This document shows, piece after piece, positions 1-12,135 of a stretch of DNA of 50,129 nt (its first letter is position 1; every line of letters begins with the position of its first letter). Both the position numbers and the translations under genes were made by a program. The stretch spans positions 250,630,020 through 250,680,148 of the forward strand of contig NC_058133.1 in NCBI RefSeq assembly GCF_016433145.1, given 5' to 3'. Below the pieces are notes generated by a model, which worked only from the letters and a program-made list of their open reading frames with translations, had not been told where the DNA came from and searched no databases. The DNA is from Gracilinanus agilis (taxonomy: Eukaryota).

Positions 1-423
1 GATTATAAAATCTTCCATCCTGACTCATGAGTCACCCTTGGGCTAGCTATTTGATTCATTCTTATGCCAACCTCTAGGATAATTCAGGGGACCATGTGCA
101 GATTTTTTCTTATTAATAAAATTCAAATCTTTCTCTTTAATTAGTTGACTCAAAGTCACACCCTAGTTCAAAAGAAATTTTTACTTGAATAAACTGAACA
201 AATCTTTCCCCAAAATAGTTATTCACATATCTCTATTAAATTCTTAACTCTCTTATGATTAAATAAATACAATTAGTGACTAAATAACACATTCATAATG
301 GAACAAATAACATAATTATTTATATTTTGCCTAGTCCAAAGTCAGAATCATCTTAAACCTAATAAACCCATAAAACTGTAAACCTATAAATACATAGCAA
401 TAGATGACTGGCTTTACTTCCAA

Positions 424-680
424 TGTTGTGAGGAAGATTATTACTTAGTTATTAGTTTAGTATTAGTATTAGACCTAGCAGGAAGGGCTGGAGAATTCCA
501 AGATGGAATGGGGAAGTAGAAAGTGGCTCTTGTTCTCTGAAGGAGAGACTCCATGGTGGTTGGGGCAAGTTGCAACTGACTTTAGGAGACACCAGATTGC
601 CAGAGATCCTGTGGAAAGATACTGAGTTGCAGGTCAATTTGGGCTGGGATTAGCAGTCTCTACCAAAATCTCCCACAAGT
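424..680. mobile_element. Fragment of an LTR related to the 4594-5418 element
   Basis: Begins TGTTG; shares ACCTAGCAGGAAG..GCTGGAG..AATTCCA.G.TGGAATG and GACTCCAT blocks with 4650-4745. Confidence 0.5.
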
Positions 681-1154
681 AGGTGATGGTCTTACAAATA
701 AGGAGACTGAGGTAGAGAGGGTTAAATGACTTGCCTAGGTCACACAGCCAGTGTCTCTGGGGTCAGATCTGAACTCAGGAAAATAATCCTTCCTGACACT
801 CTATCCACTTCAACACTTAGTTTCCTGTGCTGAAAGTCTTTCAGAAGTAATTTTTCTCTGATGTTGTTTTCATTCATTATGTACATTGTTTTTCTAATTT
901 TGATCTGAATCAGGCATTTGAAGTCTTAGGAGGAAAAGTCTTTTTTTTTTTCCTTTCTTGGTTCTTTTGAGGGTATAAGCCTATTAGCATTAGGTCAAAG
1001 GGTATTGGTTCAGTCACTTTCTAGGCAGAGTTCCAAATTGTTTTCTAGATCCACTGGACCACTTCACAGCTCCACCAAAAGTGCTCAGGGGCAAAGATGC
1101 CAAATACTGTCCTAGCCAAGGGCACCACTGAACAAGATTAAAATGTAATGAGGA

Positions 1155-1348
1155 GGGGCAGCTAGGTAGCTCAGCTGATAGAATACCAGGAATAAATAAG
1201 AGTAGTCCTGGGTTCAAATTTGACCTCAGACACTTCCTAGATGTGGAATTTGTGACCTTGGGCAAGACCCTTGACCTCCATTGCATTCCTGCTCTTCTGC
1301 CTTGGAATCAATACTTAGTATAGATTCTAAGACAGAAAGTAAGGGTTT
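1155..1348 (+). mobile_element. SINE1_Mdo-type SINE
   Basis: GGGGCAGCTAGGTAGCTCAG head (Pol III A box), GGTTCAAAT B box, AAGGGTTT tail. Confidence 0.75.
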
Positions 1349-1383
1349 GGGTTTTTTTGTTTTGTTTTGTTATGTTTTGTATT

Positions 1384-1576
1384 AAACCCTTACCTTCTGT
1401 CTTAGAACCAATACTGTGTATTGGTTCCTAGGCAGAAGAGTGGTAAGAGCTAGGCAATGGGAGTTAAGTGACTTGCCCAGGGTCACATAGCTAGGAAGTG
1501 TCTGAGGCTAGATTTGAACCCAGAACCTCCCGACTCTGGGTCTAGCTCTCAATCCACTGAGCCACAGGCTACCCCC
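1384..1576 (-). mobile_element. SINE1_Mdo-type SINE
   Basis: Reverse complement of the same family, tail-to-tail with 1155-1348. Confidence 0.75.
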
Positions 1577-1671
1577 AAGTAAGGTTGTTGTTTTTTTTTT
1601 AATGCAATTGGGACAACTATCAATAATACGGAAATAGGTCTTGATCCATGACACAAGTTAAAACCAGTGGA

Positions 1672-1849
1672 GGGGGCAGCTGGGTAGCTCAGTGGATTAA
1701 GAGCCAGGCCTAGAGACGGGAGGTCCTGGGTTCAAATCCGGCCTCAGACACTTCCCAGCTGTGTGACCCTGGGCAAGTCACTTGACCCCCATTGCCTACC
1801 CTTACCACTCTTCCTCAATACACAGAAGTTAAGGGTTTAAAAAAAAAAA
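1672..1849 (+). mobile_element. Young SINE1_Mdo-type SINE inserted in an L1 3' fragment
   Basis: Intact A/B boxes, A tail, near-identical flanks AAAAC(C)AGTGGA. Confidence 0.8.
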
Positions 1850-2439
1850 CAGTGGAAATGTGCGTCAGATATGGGGAGGGAGTTAGTAGAGGGTTGAAGG
1901 GCAAAGTAAGAACATGAGTTGTGTAACCATGGAAAATTTTTCTAAAAAAAAAAGCCAAAAATAAAATAAATGTAATTGGGAAATATTTGACAAGCAAACA
2001 AAATAACAGAATATAGATAATATTAATGTGTGGTTTTCTAAGTCAATATGTATCCCACAAGGATTCTTATATACAGTTCTATTTCAGTTTGACACCACTT
2101 TTCTACAGCCCCTCTACCACCTGCCATTTTCCCCTTTTGTCATCTTGCCAGTCTTATAGGTATGAGGTAAAGCCTTAAAGTTGCTTTAGTTTGAATTTCT
2201 CTAATTATTGACAATTTATAACATTTTTCATATGGTTATTGATAGCCTGTTTTCTATTACTTGTTAAAAACCCCTGACCTTTTGTCTTGGAATCTATACT
2301 AAGTATAAATGGCTTGCCTAGGGTACAGAGCTAGGAATTATTTAAGTTCAAATTTGAACCCAGGATCTCTTGTTTCCAGGCCTGACTCTATCCACTGAAT
2401 CACCTATTTGTCCCTCTATTCGTTGTTTGTTTTTTTTTT

Positions 2440-2636
2440 AAGCCCTTAGCTTCCATCTTAGAATCAATACTGTGAATTGGTTCCAAGGGAGAACAGTAAG
2501 GGCCAGGCAAGAGAGGTGAAATGACTTCCCCAAGGTTGCACAGTTGTGAGCATCTGCAGTCAGATTTGAATTAAGGACCTCCCATTTGCCAGGCTGGATA
2601 GCCTGGCTCTCAATCCACTGAGCTACCCAGCTGCCC
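2440..2636 (-). mobile_element. SINE1_Mdo-type SINE
   Basis: Poly-T then antisense family sequence ending GAGCTACCCAGCTGCCCC. Confidence 0.7.
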
Positions 2637-3508
2637 CACCCCAGTACTTCCTAAAGAAACAAATAACAGTATTTAGTATCTCTGTAGAAGAGCCTATCGA
2701 AGTCAGTGTTACAAATTACCTGTTACACTGTTAATAAACTTTACAGTCATTAAAATAGATGTAACCTTCCTGGAGAATGAGGGACATGAGGAGAGAAAGC
2801 TTACTGGAAAAGAGGTTTCCCTGACTTATTTTTATAACCTGGGGTGGAATCTTAGAGCTAACTAATGAGACTGTACTTTTTAATTAATGTATGAAGGTGT
2901 ATGAACATACATCTTTATTGTCTTAGAACTCTAGAAGAGAATAAGGTAATAGACCACACATGTATATACATATGTGGAAAGAGAAGGGACATGTCCTGAA
3001 AGCCTGTTACATGTGGGAGATAGATCAATAGTTAGAGAATATGTATGTATATGTTTATGTACAGATACCCATATTTGTGTATGATTGTATTTGTAAACAG
3101 AAAAAAACAAACTACTTTTCAAATTCAGCCAATGTTAGAATTTGTGTTGTTTAATTACGGATGTTAAAATTCTACTTTCTTTTTTGTGCAGGAGAGTTGG
3201 AACAGAGAATTCTAGAGCTGGAGAGAGGCAGAGAGAATGAGAATGGATGACAGAATGCTTTTGTTTTCTGCTTTCTTCTTCTCTCTATTTTATGGTACTA
3301 TAAAGGCAAAGGAGGATTCATACAAAGTGCTATTAGAAATATAAGGGAGGAATTAGGACACTGATGCATTGCTGGTAGAACTGTGAACTAATCCAACCAC
3401 TGGAGGGCAATTTGGAACTTTGTCCACAGGGCTATAAAACAATGCATAACCTTTGATCTAGTAATACCACTACTAAGCCTGTATCCCAAAGAGATTAAAA
3501 AAAAAATG

Positions 3509-3510
<2 letters not shown>

Positions 3511-3545
<35 letters not shown>
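3511..3545. repeat. (GT)n microsatellite
   Basis: Pure GT run of about 17 units. Confidence 0.95.
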
Positions 3546-3548
<3 letters not shown>

Positions 3549-3845
3549 ACCTATTTGTACAAAAATATTTATAGCTGCTCTTTTTGTGTCTGCCAAGAAT
3601 TGGAAATTGAAAGGATATTCATCAATCGGGGAATGGCTGAACATGATACAAGATGGCAATGGAATACTATTGTACTATAAGGAATGATGAAGAGAATGAT
3701 TTCAGAACAAGCCAAAAAGACCTTCATGGACTGATGCAGAGTGAAATAAGCAGAACTAGGAAAACATTTTAACAGCAATATTGTGGAATGATCAACTGGG
3801 ATAGACTTAGCTACTCTCAGCAATACAAAGATCCAGGACAATTCT

Positions 3846-4168
3846 CTTTTTTTATTATTAAAGTTTATTTAATTAATTCATTTAGAATATTGTCCCATGG
3901 TTTCATGATTCATGTTCTTTCCTTCCCCTCCTACCACCCCCCTCCTGTAGTCAAAGAGCAATTCCACTGGGTTTTACATGTATCATTGATGAGGACCTAT
4001 TTCCATATTATTAATATTTGCATTAAGGTGATCACTTAGAGTCTACATCCCCAATCATATCCCCATTGAACCATGTAATCAAGCAGTTGTTTTTCTTCTG
4101 TGTTTCTATTCCCACAGTTCTTTCTCTGAGTGTGGATAGCGTTCTTTCTCCTAAGTCCCTCAGAATTG
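3846..4168 (-). mobile_element. Antisense L1 3' UTR fragment with 16-bp TSD
   Basis: T-rich left end; identical direct repeat GATCCAGGACAATTCT at 3830-3845 and 4169-4184. Confidence 0.75.
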
Positions 4169-4593
4169 GATCCAGGACAATTCTGAGGGACTTATAACAA
4201 AGAATGCTATCCACCTCCAGAGGAAGAACTGTTGGAGTCAGAATGCAGATGAAAGTATGGAATTTTTCAATTGTTTATTTGTGTTTATGTTTTGGAGTTT
4301 CGATTTTATAAGATCACTCACTTACAAAAGTGAAAAATGTGGAAATGTTTTGCATGATAATACATGTATAACCCAGATCAAATCTCCTGCCAGCACTGAA
4401 AGAGGGAAGGGAAAGGGGTGAGAGAGATCAGTTTGATCATATAACTTAGGAAAACTTGAGTGGAGATTTGTTACATGTAATTGGTAAAAAATAAAAATTA
4501 AAGAAATAAGGGATGGGGCAGCTAGATGGCTCAATGGATAGAGAGCCATGCTTAGAGATAGGAGGTCCTGGATTCAAATATGACCTTCGACAC

Positions 4594-5418
4594 TGTTATG
4601 AGTAAGATTAGATTAGCTGATTATTAGGTATTGATTATATATTGATTAGGAAGTACCTAGCAGGAAGGAGCTGGAGCTGGGAATTCCAGGTTGGAATGAA
4701 GGAGGAGGAAGTCTGTCTGTGCCCTGTGGGTGTGGACTCCATTAGTGGTGGGCAAAACTGTTGCCAGCCTGGGAGACCTCAGAGCAAAGGACACCCTGCT
4801 TCCTGATTTCCCCTGGGATCCTGTGTGGTGTGGCATCTAAGAAAAGGAAAAGATCTACAGAGCCAAGAGAGGAGGAGTAGTTTAAAAACTGGAGGACAGT
4901 GCTTCAAGCAGAACTCTCTCTACTTGGTACCTGAGATCATCTTGACTCCTGGCATCCAGAGACCATCAGTGGATTGCAGTGAGAATCCCAAAGTCACAAA
5001 GCCCTAACTGTACTCAAGCCTGGCAGGTTCCAGGTTTGAGGCAGAAACCCAGAGACTCCATTTATAGTTCCTTGGGCCCTGTTAGTTTAGATCACTAAGC
5101 AAGAGTAGAATAAGTCCTCCCATTGCCCTGTGGTTTTATCCCTTAGATTTTAAGTATAGAAATCCTTTCCCACCTTTTAGTCTAACATAATTAAAGCTGT
5201 TAAGTCCCTTTTACCTTGTTAGCCTGTTACTATACTCTGGTCTAGTGGAAGCTGGGTGACAGTTAAGATCAACTGCCATTCCTGTGGAGATCCGGTAAAA
5301 CTCTGGTCTCTTCATCCTGGTCCAGTCTCTCATAAATCCTAGAGTGTGTTCCCACAAACCACTTAGTTTTATTGTAATATCCCTGGTGACCCCATTACCT
5401 CACTTATATTTTCCTACA
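4594..5418. mobile_element. Solo LTR (ERV1-like) inserted into a SINE
   Basis: TG at 4594-4595 and CA at 5417-5418, flanked by 4-bp direct repeat ACAC (4590-4593, 5419-5422); the SINE head (4514-4593) resumes after it and ends in an A tail near 5507. Confidence 0.7.
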
Positions 5419-6478
5419 ACACTTACTAGACACTCCTCCATTGTCTAGCCCTTTCTACAACTAATACACAGTATTGATTCCAAAATGGAAGATAAGGGTT
5501 TAAAAAAATATGAGTGATTAAACAACACTTTATGGAAGAGGTGGCACCTGCACTGGACATTTTAAAGAAACCAAAATTACAGACAGATAGGAGTACAGAA
5601 GGAATGCATTATAGGCATAGGAGATAGTCTAGGAGAGTTCACAAAGGCAGGAACTAGCAAATTGTTCAATTTTCCTGGATTATAAAGTTAGTTATGAAAA
5701 TAGTAGTATGAAATAATGCAAAGCCAGTCAAAGAGATAGCATTTTCTCTTACAGATGTTAGAGTGCTTCTTAAGGTTTTTGTGCCAAGTTAGGAAGATTA
5801 TTTAGGCAACTGTGTTAAGATGATTGAAAGGAGTTGATAAAGAGAATCATTGATGAGTTTAATATGCTTTCCAAACAATTCGCATTTATAGGACACATTT
5901 ATTTGGAGGCATCTGAGGAGTACTTTCTTGTGGAGTGAAGGCATACTCATCTGTGCCTTGCTGAGAAAATATTTTTTTCATTCATTCATTCATTCAATTT
6001 GTGTGAGTTGGAATGGGTAGCTCTCCAGAGGGAATGCCAAACAGGAAAAAAAAAAAACCACACACAAAAAAATATAGGCCAAGATAAGGCAGAGACTGAA
6101 TACTAAATGCTCCATGACTGCCTAAGGGGACAAGTTGGTGAAAGCTTGGGAAAAGTAAAATATTGGTTTTCTGACTTCTAGCTTTGAGAAAGAACATACA
6201 CAGTTCTAAATTCTCTTCAGATCTCATAAGGGTGAAAAAGACTCTGGGAAGAAACCAATATGTAGAGGATCCAGCACCTTAAATATTTCCCTAATCTGAG
6301 CTTGCTATCCTAGCTATTTCCAGGAAATTTCCTTTTGGATGAACCTAGATACCTCATTATCAAAGGAAGAGCTAATTTACTCTATTGTCTGGTATGTATC
6401 TTTGTATCTTCCTTAGATTACTATGAAAGTATTATCGACTTAGATAAAGGAGTTTATTTGCTATTTGTTACATGTAAT

Positions 6479-7270
6479 TGTTATAAATAAAAATAAAACT
6501 GGAAGCTTATTACCAGATTTATAAGCATTTATTAGTAAAGAGAGAGAAAGATAGAAAAAAAATCTTTAAGCCTTTCTAACTTTAGGCCAAAATCTGGTCC
6601 TCCATTGCAGCCCGCCTCCATGCTACCACCTGTCAGAGACCGTGGAGTGAGATGAGAGAGAGAGGGAGAAAGGGAGAGAGAGATATGCCAGTCCAGGGTC
6701 AGAGTTAGTTGAAGTCCAGAAGCTGCTTCTTGGGCTGATTTTTTAAACCTGTAACTCCTCCTTCTGTGGCAACATTGTGCTGATTCTGGCTAGACTGGGA
6801 AGCTGAAGTTGGGATGCTGAGGGTCCCCTTGGATTCAGGCCATCAGACAGGACACATGATCTGTGACTCCTATGTCTTGCCACTGGAGTGCATGGGCTCA
6901 AAGTCCCCTACCTCACAAATATTCTTGGTGGAACTGGGATTTGGGAAAGGTATCAAGCCTTGGATATATAGCTTGGAGTATTCCTTCTCCATAAAGAAAT
7001 AAGTAGCTCAGCCTGAACCTAAAAATCACTTATTGTAGACTAATAATATTTAAGGGAGCAGATATAATTCCATCTCGGTGTATAGTTTTGTCTTTCAGAT
7101 GATAACAGAGTAGCCAACCTCTGGCCCCAACATTCTGCTTCCCATTCTGGCAATAATCAAAACCTCTCTTGGAAAAGGGTGGATGGGGACTCCAGAGATA
7201 TCTATTCACTTCTAAATAGACCCATAAGGACACACATATCCTACATGGCCAACACATACATCCCCCTATA
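6479..7270. mobile_element. Possible LTR-like element
   Basis: TG start, antisense AATAAA-type segment (CATTTTATTAG) and GA-rich core typical of opossum LTRs; right boundary uncertain. Confidence 0.3.
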
Positions 7271-7699
7271 CACATATGAAGCACTCAGAGAACTTATGGA
7301 AGTCAGCAACTAGATATGAATATAGATAGAGCTTTCAAATAGCCTGTTCAGTCCTCTAAGAAGGGAAATGAACTTGGAACTGGCATTAAGGCAACTGTTT
7401 GACATTCCTTGAATCCCTAACCCTCCTTCTCTCATAGTGTCATTCTGTGGTTTGGAATTCCCCTCATAAAGCAAACATACTTTGGGATTGCTGAATGAGC
7501 GACTTCTTTCCCATTGAACCTACAACTTCCAAATGTCACTGACTTTGCTCTCCAAGTAGAATAGTGCTCTGGAAATATTTGGAATATTCTAATTTTTATC
7601 CAAGAACCACAGTGTGGGAATAAATCCTCTTATCTCTTTCAAAGGTCTAATCCTGGAACTGTCAAACTTGAGAAGCATTGAACTTTGGAGTGATCCACA

Positions 7700-8095
7700 T
7701 GACAGCACTCAAAGGTGGAGCCACAAAGGAATAATGAAATGGAGGAATTCCATGTAAACTGGAATAACCTCCAGGAATTGATGAAGAGTGAAAGGAGTAG
7801 AACCAGGAAAACATTGTACACAGAGACTGATACGCTATGGTAAAATAAAATGTAATGGACTTCTGTACTAGCAGCAATGCAATGACCTAGGACAGTTATG
7901 AGGGATTTATGGAAAAGAACGATACCCACATTCAGAGGAAGAACTACAGGAGTGGAAACATAGAAGAAAAACAACTGCTTGAACACATGGGTTGATGCAG
8001 ACATGATTGGGGATGTAGACTCGAAAGGACCACACCATATCAATAATATGGAAATAGGTCTTGATAGATGACACATGTCAAAGGTGGAGCCAACA
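7700..8095 (+). mobile_element. L1 3' UTR fragment
   Basis: Same family blocks (GGAATAATGAAATGGAGGAATTCCATG...GAAATAGGTCTTGAT) as other L1 ends in the window. Confidence 0.6.
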
Positions 8096-10017
8096 TTTAA
8101 AGCCCCTCACCATCTGGTTCCCATGTACCCTTCCAGACTGACTTCAGAACATTTTTTGTCAAGCAAAGTGTCCTTACCTGCACATTCTAACTTCTACCTC
8201 CAAGTTTTTACACAGGTAGTTTTCCAGGCCTGGAAAATGCATTCCCTCCGTATCACACCCCTTTTAAGATCCTTCGGTTCCTTCAAGGCTCAGTCTTGAA
8301 GGTAGGTCCCCTTGTCTGTGAATTCTGTCTTGGTCCTCCTAGTTGGAGTTCTGATACCTCTCAAATTATGTTGTATTTACTCATCTATGTAAATGTTGAA
8401 TCTTCACACACACATCTCAGATCAAAAATAATGTAGGCTTATACAATTCTGGTGGCAGTAGAATTGGGAAGGAAGGACTGAACTGGACTTGAGGGACATA
8501 GGAAGAATCAATAGAACTTGGTGATGAGAACAGGAAAGAAGAGAAAAAAGTTGACTAAGAGAGGGATCCAGATATGACTGTGCCTTTGTTAAGTAAACTC
8601 CTTGAGGGCAAGGACTATTTTTCTCTTTGTTTTTATATCCTCAGCATCTAATATCCTGCACATGTACTTCAAAAAAAATCTGTTGATTTGAAATCAGACA
8701 TATTACTTGGGGAGAGGGAATGGTGTGTTCAGCCAAGGCCTGAGCATCTCCAGATTGGATGTTGTTCTTTCATGTCCAATTCTGTGACCCTTTGGACATT
8801 ACTTTGCAAGCCAGTACCATCCATGAGGTTTTCTTGGCAAAGATACTGGAGTGGCTTTCCATTTCCTTCTCCAGTGAATTAAGACAGACAATAATAATAC
8901 ATGTATAATCCAGATCAAATTACCCTCTCTGAGAAGGGAAGGAGACAATTTGTATCTTACAATTTCAGAAAATCTATGTGGAAATTTGTTTTTTATGTAA
9001 TTGGGAAAATAAAATCTTTGAATAAAAAAAAGAATTAAGGGAGACAGAAGTTGTCATTTGCTCAGGATCATCAAACTAGTAAGTGTCTGAGGCCAGATAT
9101 TTTTGAATTAAGGCCTAGCAGTCTATCCACTGAGCCATCTAGCTGCCTATGGTATAAGTAGCCATTTGAGGATGGGGTACTTAGTACTGGGAATGCAATG
9201 AAGTACAAAGAAAAGATGCTGAGCTCTTCTCACTTGGCCTAAAAGGACTTACAGTTTAGTGGAGGTGGGAAAATGGGGAGCGGAAGGAATAGACACATAA
9301 GGGAGAGCATAGGCTGTATTGTTTAAGAGCCATTTAAGAGATTGGGACAATTCAGCTTTGCTTAGTCAGTTGTATATGACTCTTGGTGGCCCCATTTGGG
9401 GTTTTCTTGGCAAAGATACTAGAGTAGTTTACCATTTCCTTCTCCAGCTCATTTTGTTTTAAACTCTTACCTTCTGTCTTAGACTCAATACTGTGTTATT
9501 GTTACCATAAGAGCTAGGTAATAGGAATTAAATGACTTGTTAGGAAGGGTCTGAGACTAGATTGAAACTCAGGAGGATGAGTCTCCCTGACTCCACTGTC
9601 ATCTAGCTGCCTTACTATAGGAGACAAGAAGGGCAGTAGAATTAGAGACCAGGAGCTTATGTCAGGGGAAGAGAATGAAAAGGAAGATACCCAAGATAGG
9701 GTTAATAGGAAGATTAAGATTTAGCAACATAAGAGGCAGCTAATCAGAGTAATAATTCTAAGATGGAAGGTAAGGGTTTAAAAAAAAAAAAGATTTAGCA
9801 ACATGGAGGGATGGGGAAGAGGTCCAAATATGAGCACAAGCATAGAAATGGAATGGTAAGAGCAAAGGCCTAAATGTGGTAATAGAAAAAGAAATTAAAC
9901 CATTTCAGTAGATATGGAAGGTTGGTGTCTGGGAGATAAGGACTGAAAAAATGGGAGAGTCAGATGGTAGAAGATCTTGAATTCAATTCAAATATTTAGA
10001 TCAAGAAATATTAGGGG

Positions 10018-10200
10018 CTGGGGCAGCAAGGTATCACAGTAGATAGAGCACCAGGCCTATAGTGGGGAGGATTTGGGTTCAAATCTGGCCTCAGACACTT
10101 CCTTGCTGTGTGACCCTGGGCAAATCACTTAACCCTGATTGCCTAGACCTTGCCATTCTTCTGTCCTACAATTGACAATAAGATAGAGATAAAAGATGTT
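10018..10200 (+). mobile_element. Older CORE-SINE copy
   Basis: GGGGCAGCAAGG head, GGTTCAAATC B box, CTGTGTGACCCTGGGCAAATCACTT core. Confidence 0.65.
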
Positions 10201-10779
10201 TTTGTTTGTTTTTTTAAAGAAATATTAGGGGCCTACAGATATTAAAAATGACTTAGTTCTCTGTCTTCTAGGTAAACTTAGGAAGGCAGACATATTTACA
10301 AAGGGAATGGTGGAAAAGATCCCAAAAAATGGTGTGATGCTTGGAGAGAGAGATTACTTATGGATGGAGGAGGAGATAAGGGAAGGTTTCATGGAAGAAA
10401 TGATTCACCAGAAAAATTTTAGCTGGTACAAATGTAGGGTTTACTATTCTAGCATGTATAATGTATGCAGGAGGAAAAGGACTAAATAAAATTAGGGAAA
10501 TGAAATGAATGGGTGTAGTGTGACTAAGTCTAGAAACATAGATGGGAAATGATTGCAGAGCCCTCAAATACTAGGCAAGATTTGTATTTTTTTCTATAAA
10601 CTATGGAGGCCAAAGATTTTGAGCAGGAAGACAAGTGTCTTGATTAAATCTTGATTAGGAAGATTACTCTGGCAATGGGGTACAAGATGGATTAGAGAAG
10701 AAAGAAACTCAAGGCAAGGAGATGAGACCAAATGTAATTATCCAGATAAAAAAGTAATGTAGTCTAGTCTGGTGGCAAT

Positions 10780-11473
10780 TTTTTTTTTATCCTGGGACTC
10801 CATTCTAGGAGCATAGGGCCACAACCAGTAGGCAATGGGTCGCTCAGGGTCACCCAGCTGGGAAGTGTCTGAGTCCGGATTTGAACCTAGGACCTTTCGT
10901 CTCTAGGCCTGGCTCTCAATCCACTGAGCTAGCCCAGCTGCCCCTACTTTAGGTTGCAGTTTCTTTAGCAGATGTAGTTTTTACAGGGTGGGGTTGCTAG
11001 CCCCACGCCTAACCCTCCTCCTTTTTTCATCCGGGCTAGGGACCGTCCTTAGCCCAGGAGTGGTAAGGGTGGGCGATAGGGGTCAAGTGACTTGCCCAGG
11101 GTCACACAGCTGGAAATGTCCGAGGCCGGACTGGAACCTAGGACCTCCTGTCTCTAGGCCTGACTCTCACTCCACTGACTCTCACCCCCATTGCCCACCC
11201 TTACCAATCTTCCACCTATGAGACAATGCACTGAAGTACAAGGGTTTGGAAAAAAAACAGCTGGGTGGCTCAGTGGATTGAGAGCCAGGCCTAGAGACTG
11301 GAGGTCCTAGGTTCCAGTCCGGCCTCGGACATTTCCAGCTGTGTGACCTTGGGCAAGTCACTTGACCCCTATCGCCCACCCTTACCACTCCTGGGATGAA
11401 AAAGGAGGAGGGTTGGGTGTGGGGCTAGCAACCCCACCCTGTAAAAACTACATCTGCTAAAGAAACTGCTACC
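10780..11473 (-). mobile_element. Composite SINE/RTE-like insertion containing a 200-bp inverted repeat
   Basis: Poly-T at left end, GGTGGCAAT direct repeats at 10771-10779 and 11474-11482, several SINE heads and an RTE-like segment present in both orientations. Confidence 0.65.
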
Positions 11474-12135
11474 GGTGGCAATAATCATGTATAACTATGG
11501 GAGAAAGGGCTCAACTGGACTTGAGAAACATCGGGAAGAATAAATAGAACTTCATGATTAGATCAGTAGAGAAGGGAAAGGAAGCTCAACTAAGAGGGAT
11601 GAAGGTGCCACAGTCAAATGATGGGAACCCAAGAAGGATAACTACTGTCATTTTGAGAAACCCCATGGTTTCATATTCAGACATCCTGTTCCATTTCTCA
11701 CTTACACACCTCAGGAGTGAAGACTCAATTTTCTTCTTATAACTGGGGTTTACCCATAGGTGGCAACTTTATCTCTCCACTGAAAGTGGGAGCTCTCCAG
11801 AGCTATCTTTCCCCATTATTTTAGATTAAAGACTAGAACACATGAAGGGATGAAAATAAGGATATTTAGTGACGACAGGAGAAAAAAATACCAGGGAAGG
11901 TGAGAGGTATCTGTGTGGTAGGGATATACATGAATATACATCTACCCACATCCACACACACCTTGATTGCTTTAAAACAAAATAATGTCACCCCAACATG
12001 GATTTTCTAATGCCATGGGGAGAATTTTCCAAAGAAAGTTGATTCCCAGAATCTGCAAAACCAGCAAAATCTGGGGTAGCTGGGAAGAGGAAAGCTAGAG
12101 ATGACTCTGGGGCCAGTGTTCCCAGGTGATTTTTT

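Larger units (their letters stand above)
3360..4500 (+). mobile_element. L1 3' fragment (ORF2 end and 3' UTR) interrupted by a (GT)n repeat and an antisense L1 3' fragment
   Basis: GCATTGCTGGT..AACTGTGAACT..TCCAACCA..GGAGGGCAATTTGGAA and later blocks characteristic of marsupial L1 3' ends. Confidence 0.7.

Noticed and set aside
1155-1576. Tail-to-tail SINE pair as a functional hairpin
   Set aside because: Copies are visibly diverged, such pairs are expected at this SINE density, and no transcript is evident.
1-10700. TNK1 or another gene expected downstream of TMEM95 by synteny
   Set aside because: No kinase-like or other recognisable exons seen; short ORFs here fall in L1, LTR or SINE sequence.
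10988-11388. Two similar ORFs on opposite strands (VRVGDRGQVTCP...)
   Set aside because: Mirror translations of the SINE inverted repeat, not genes.
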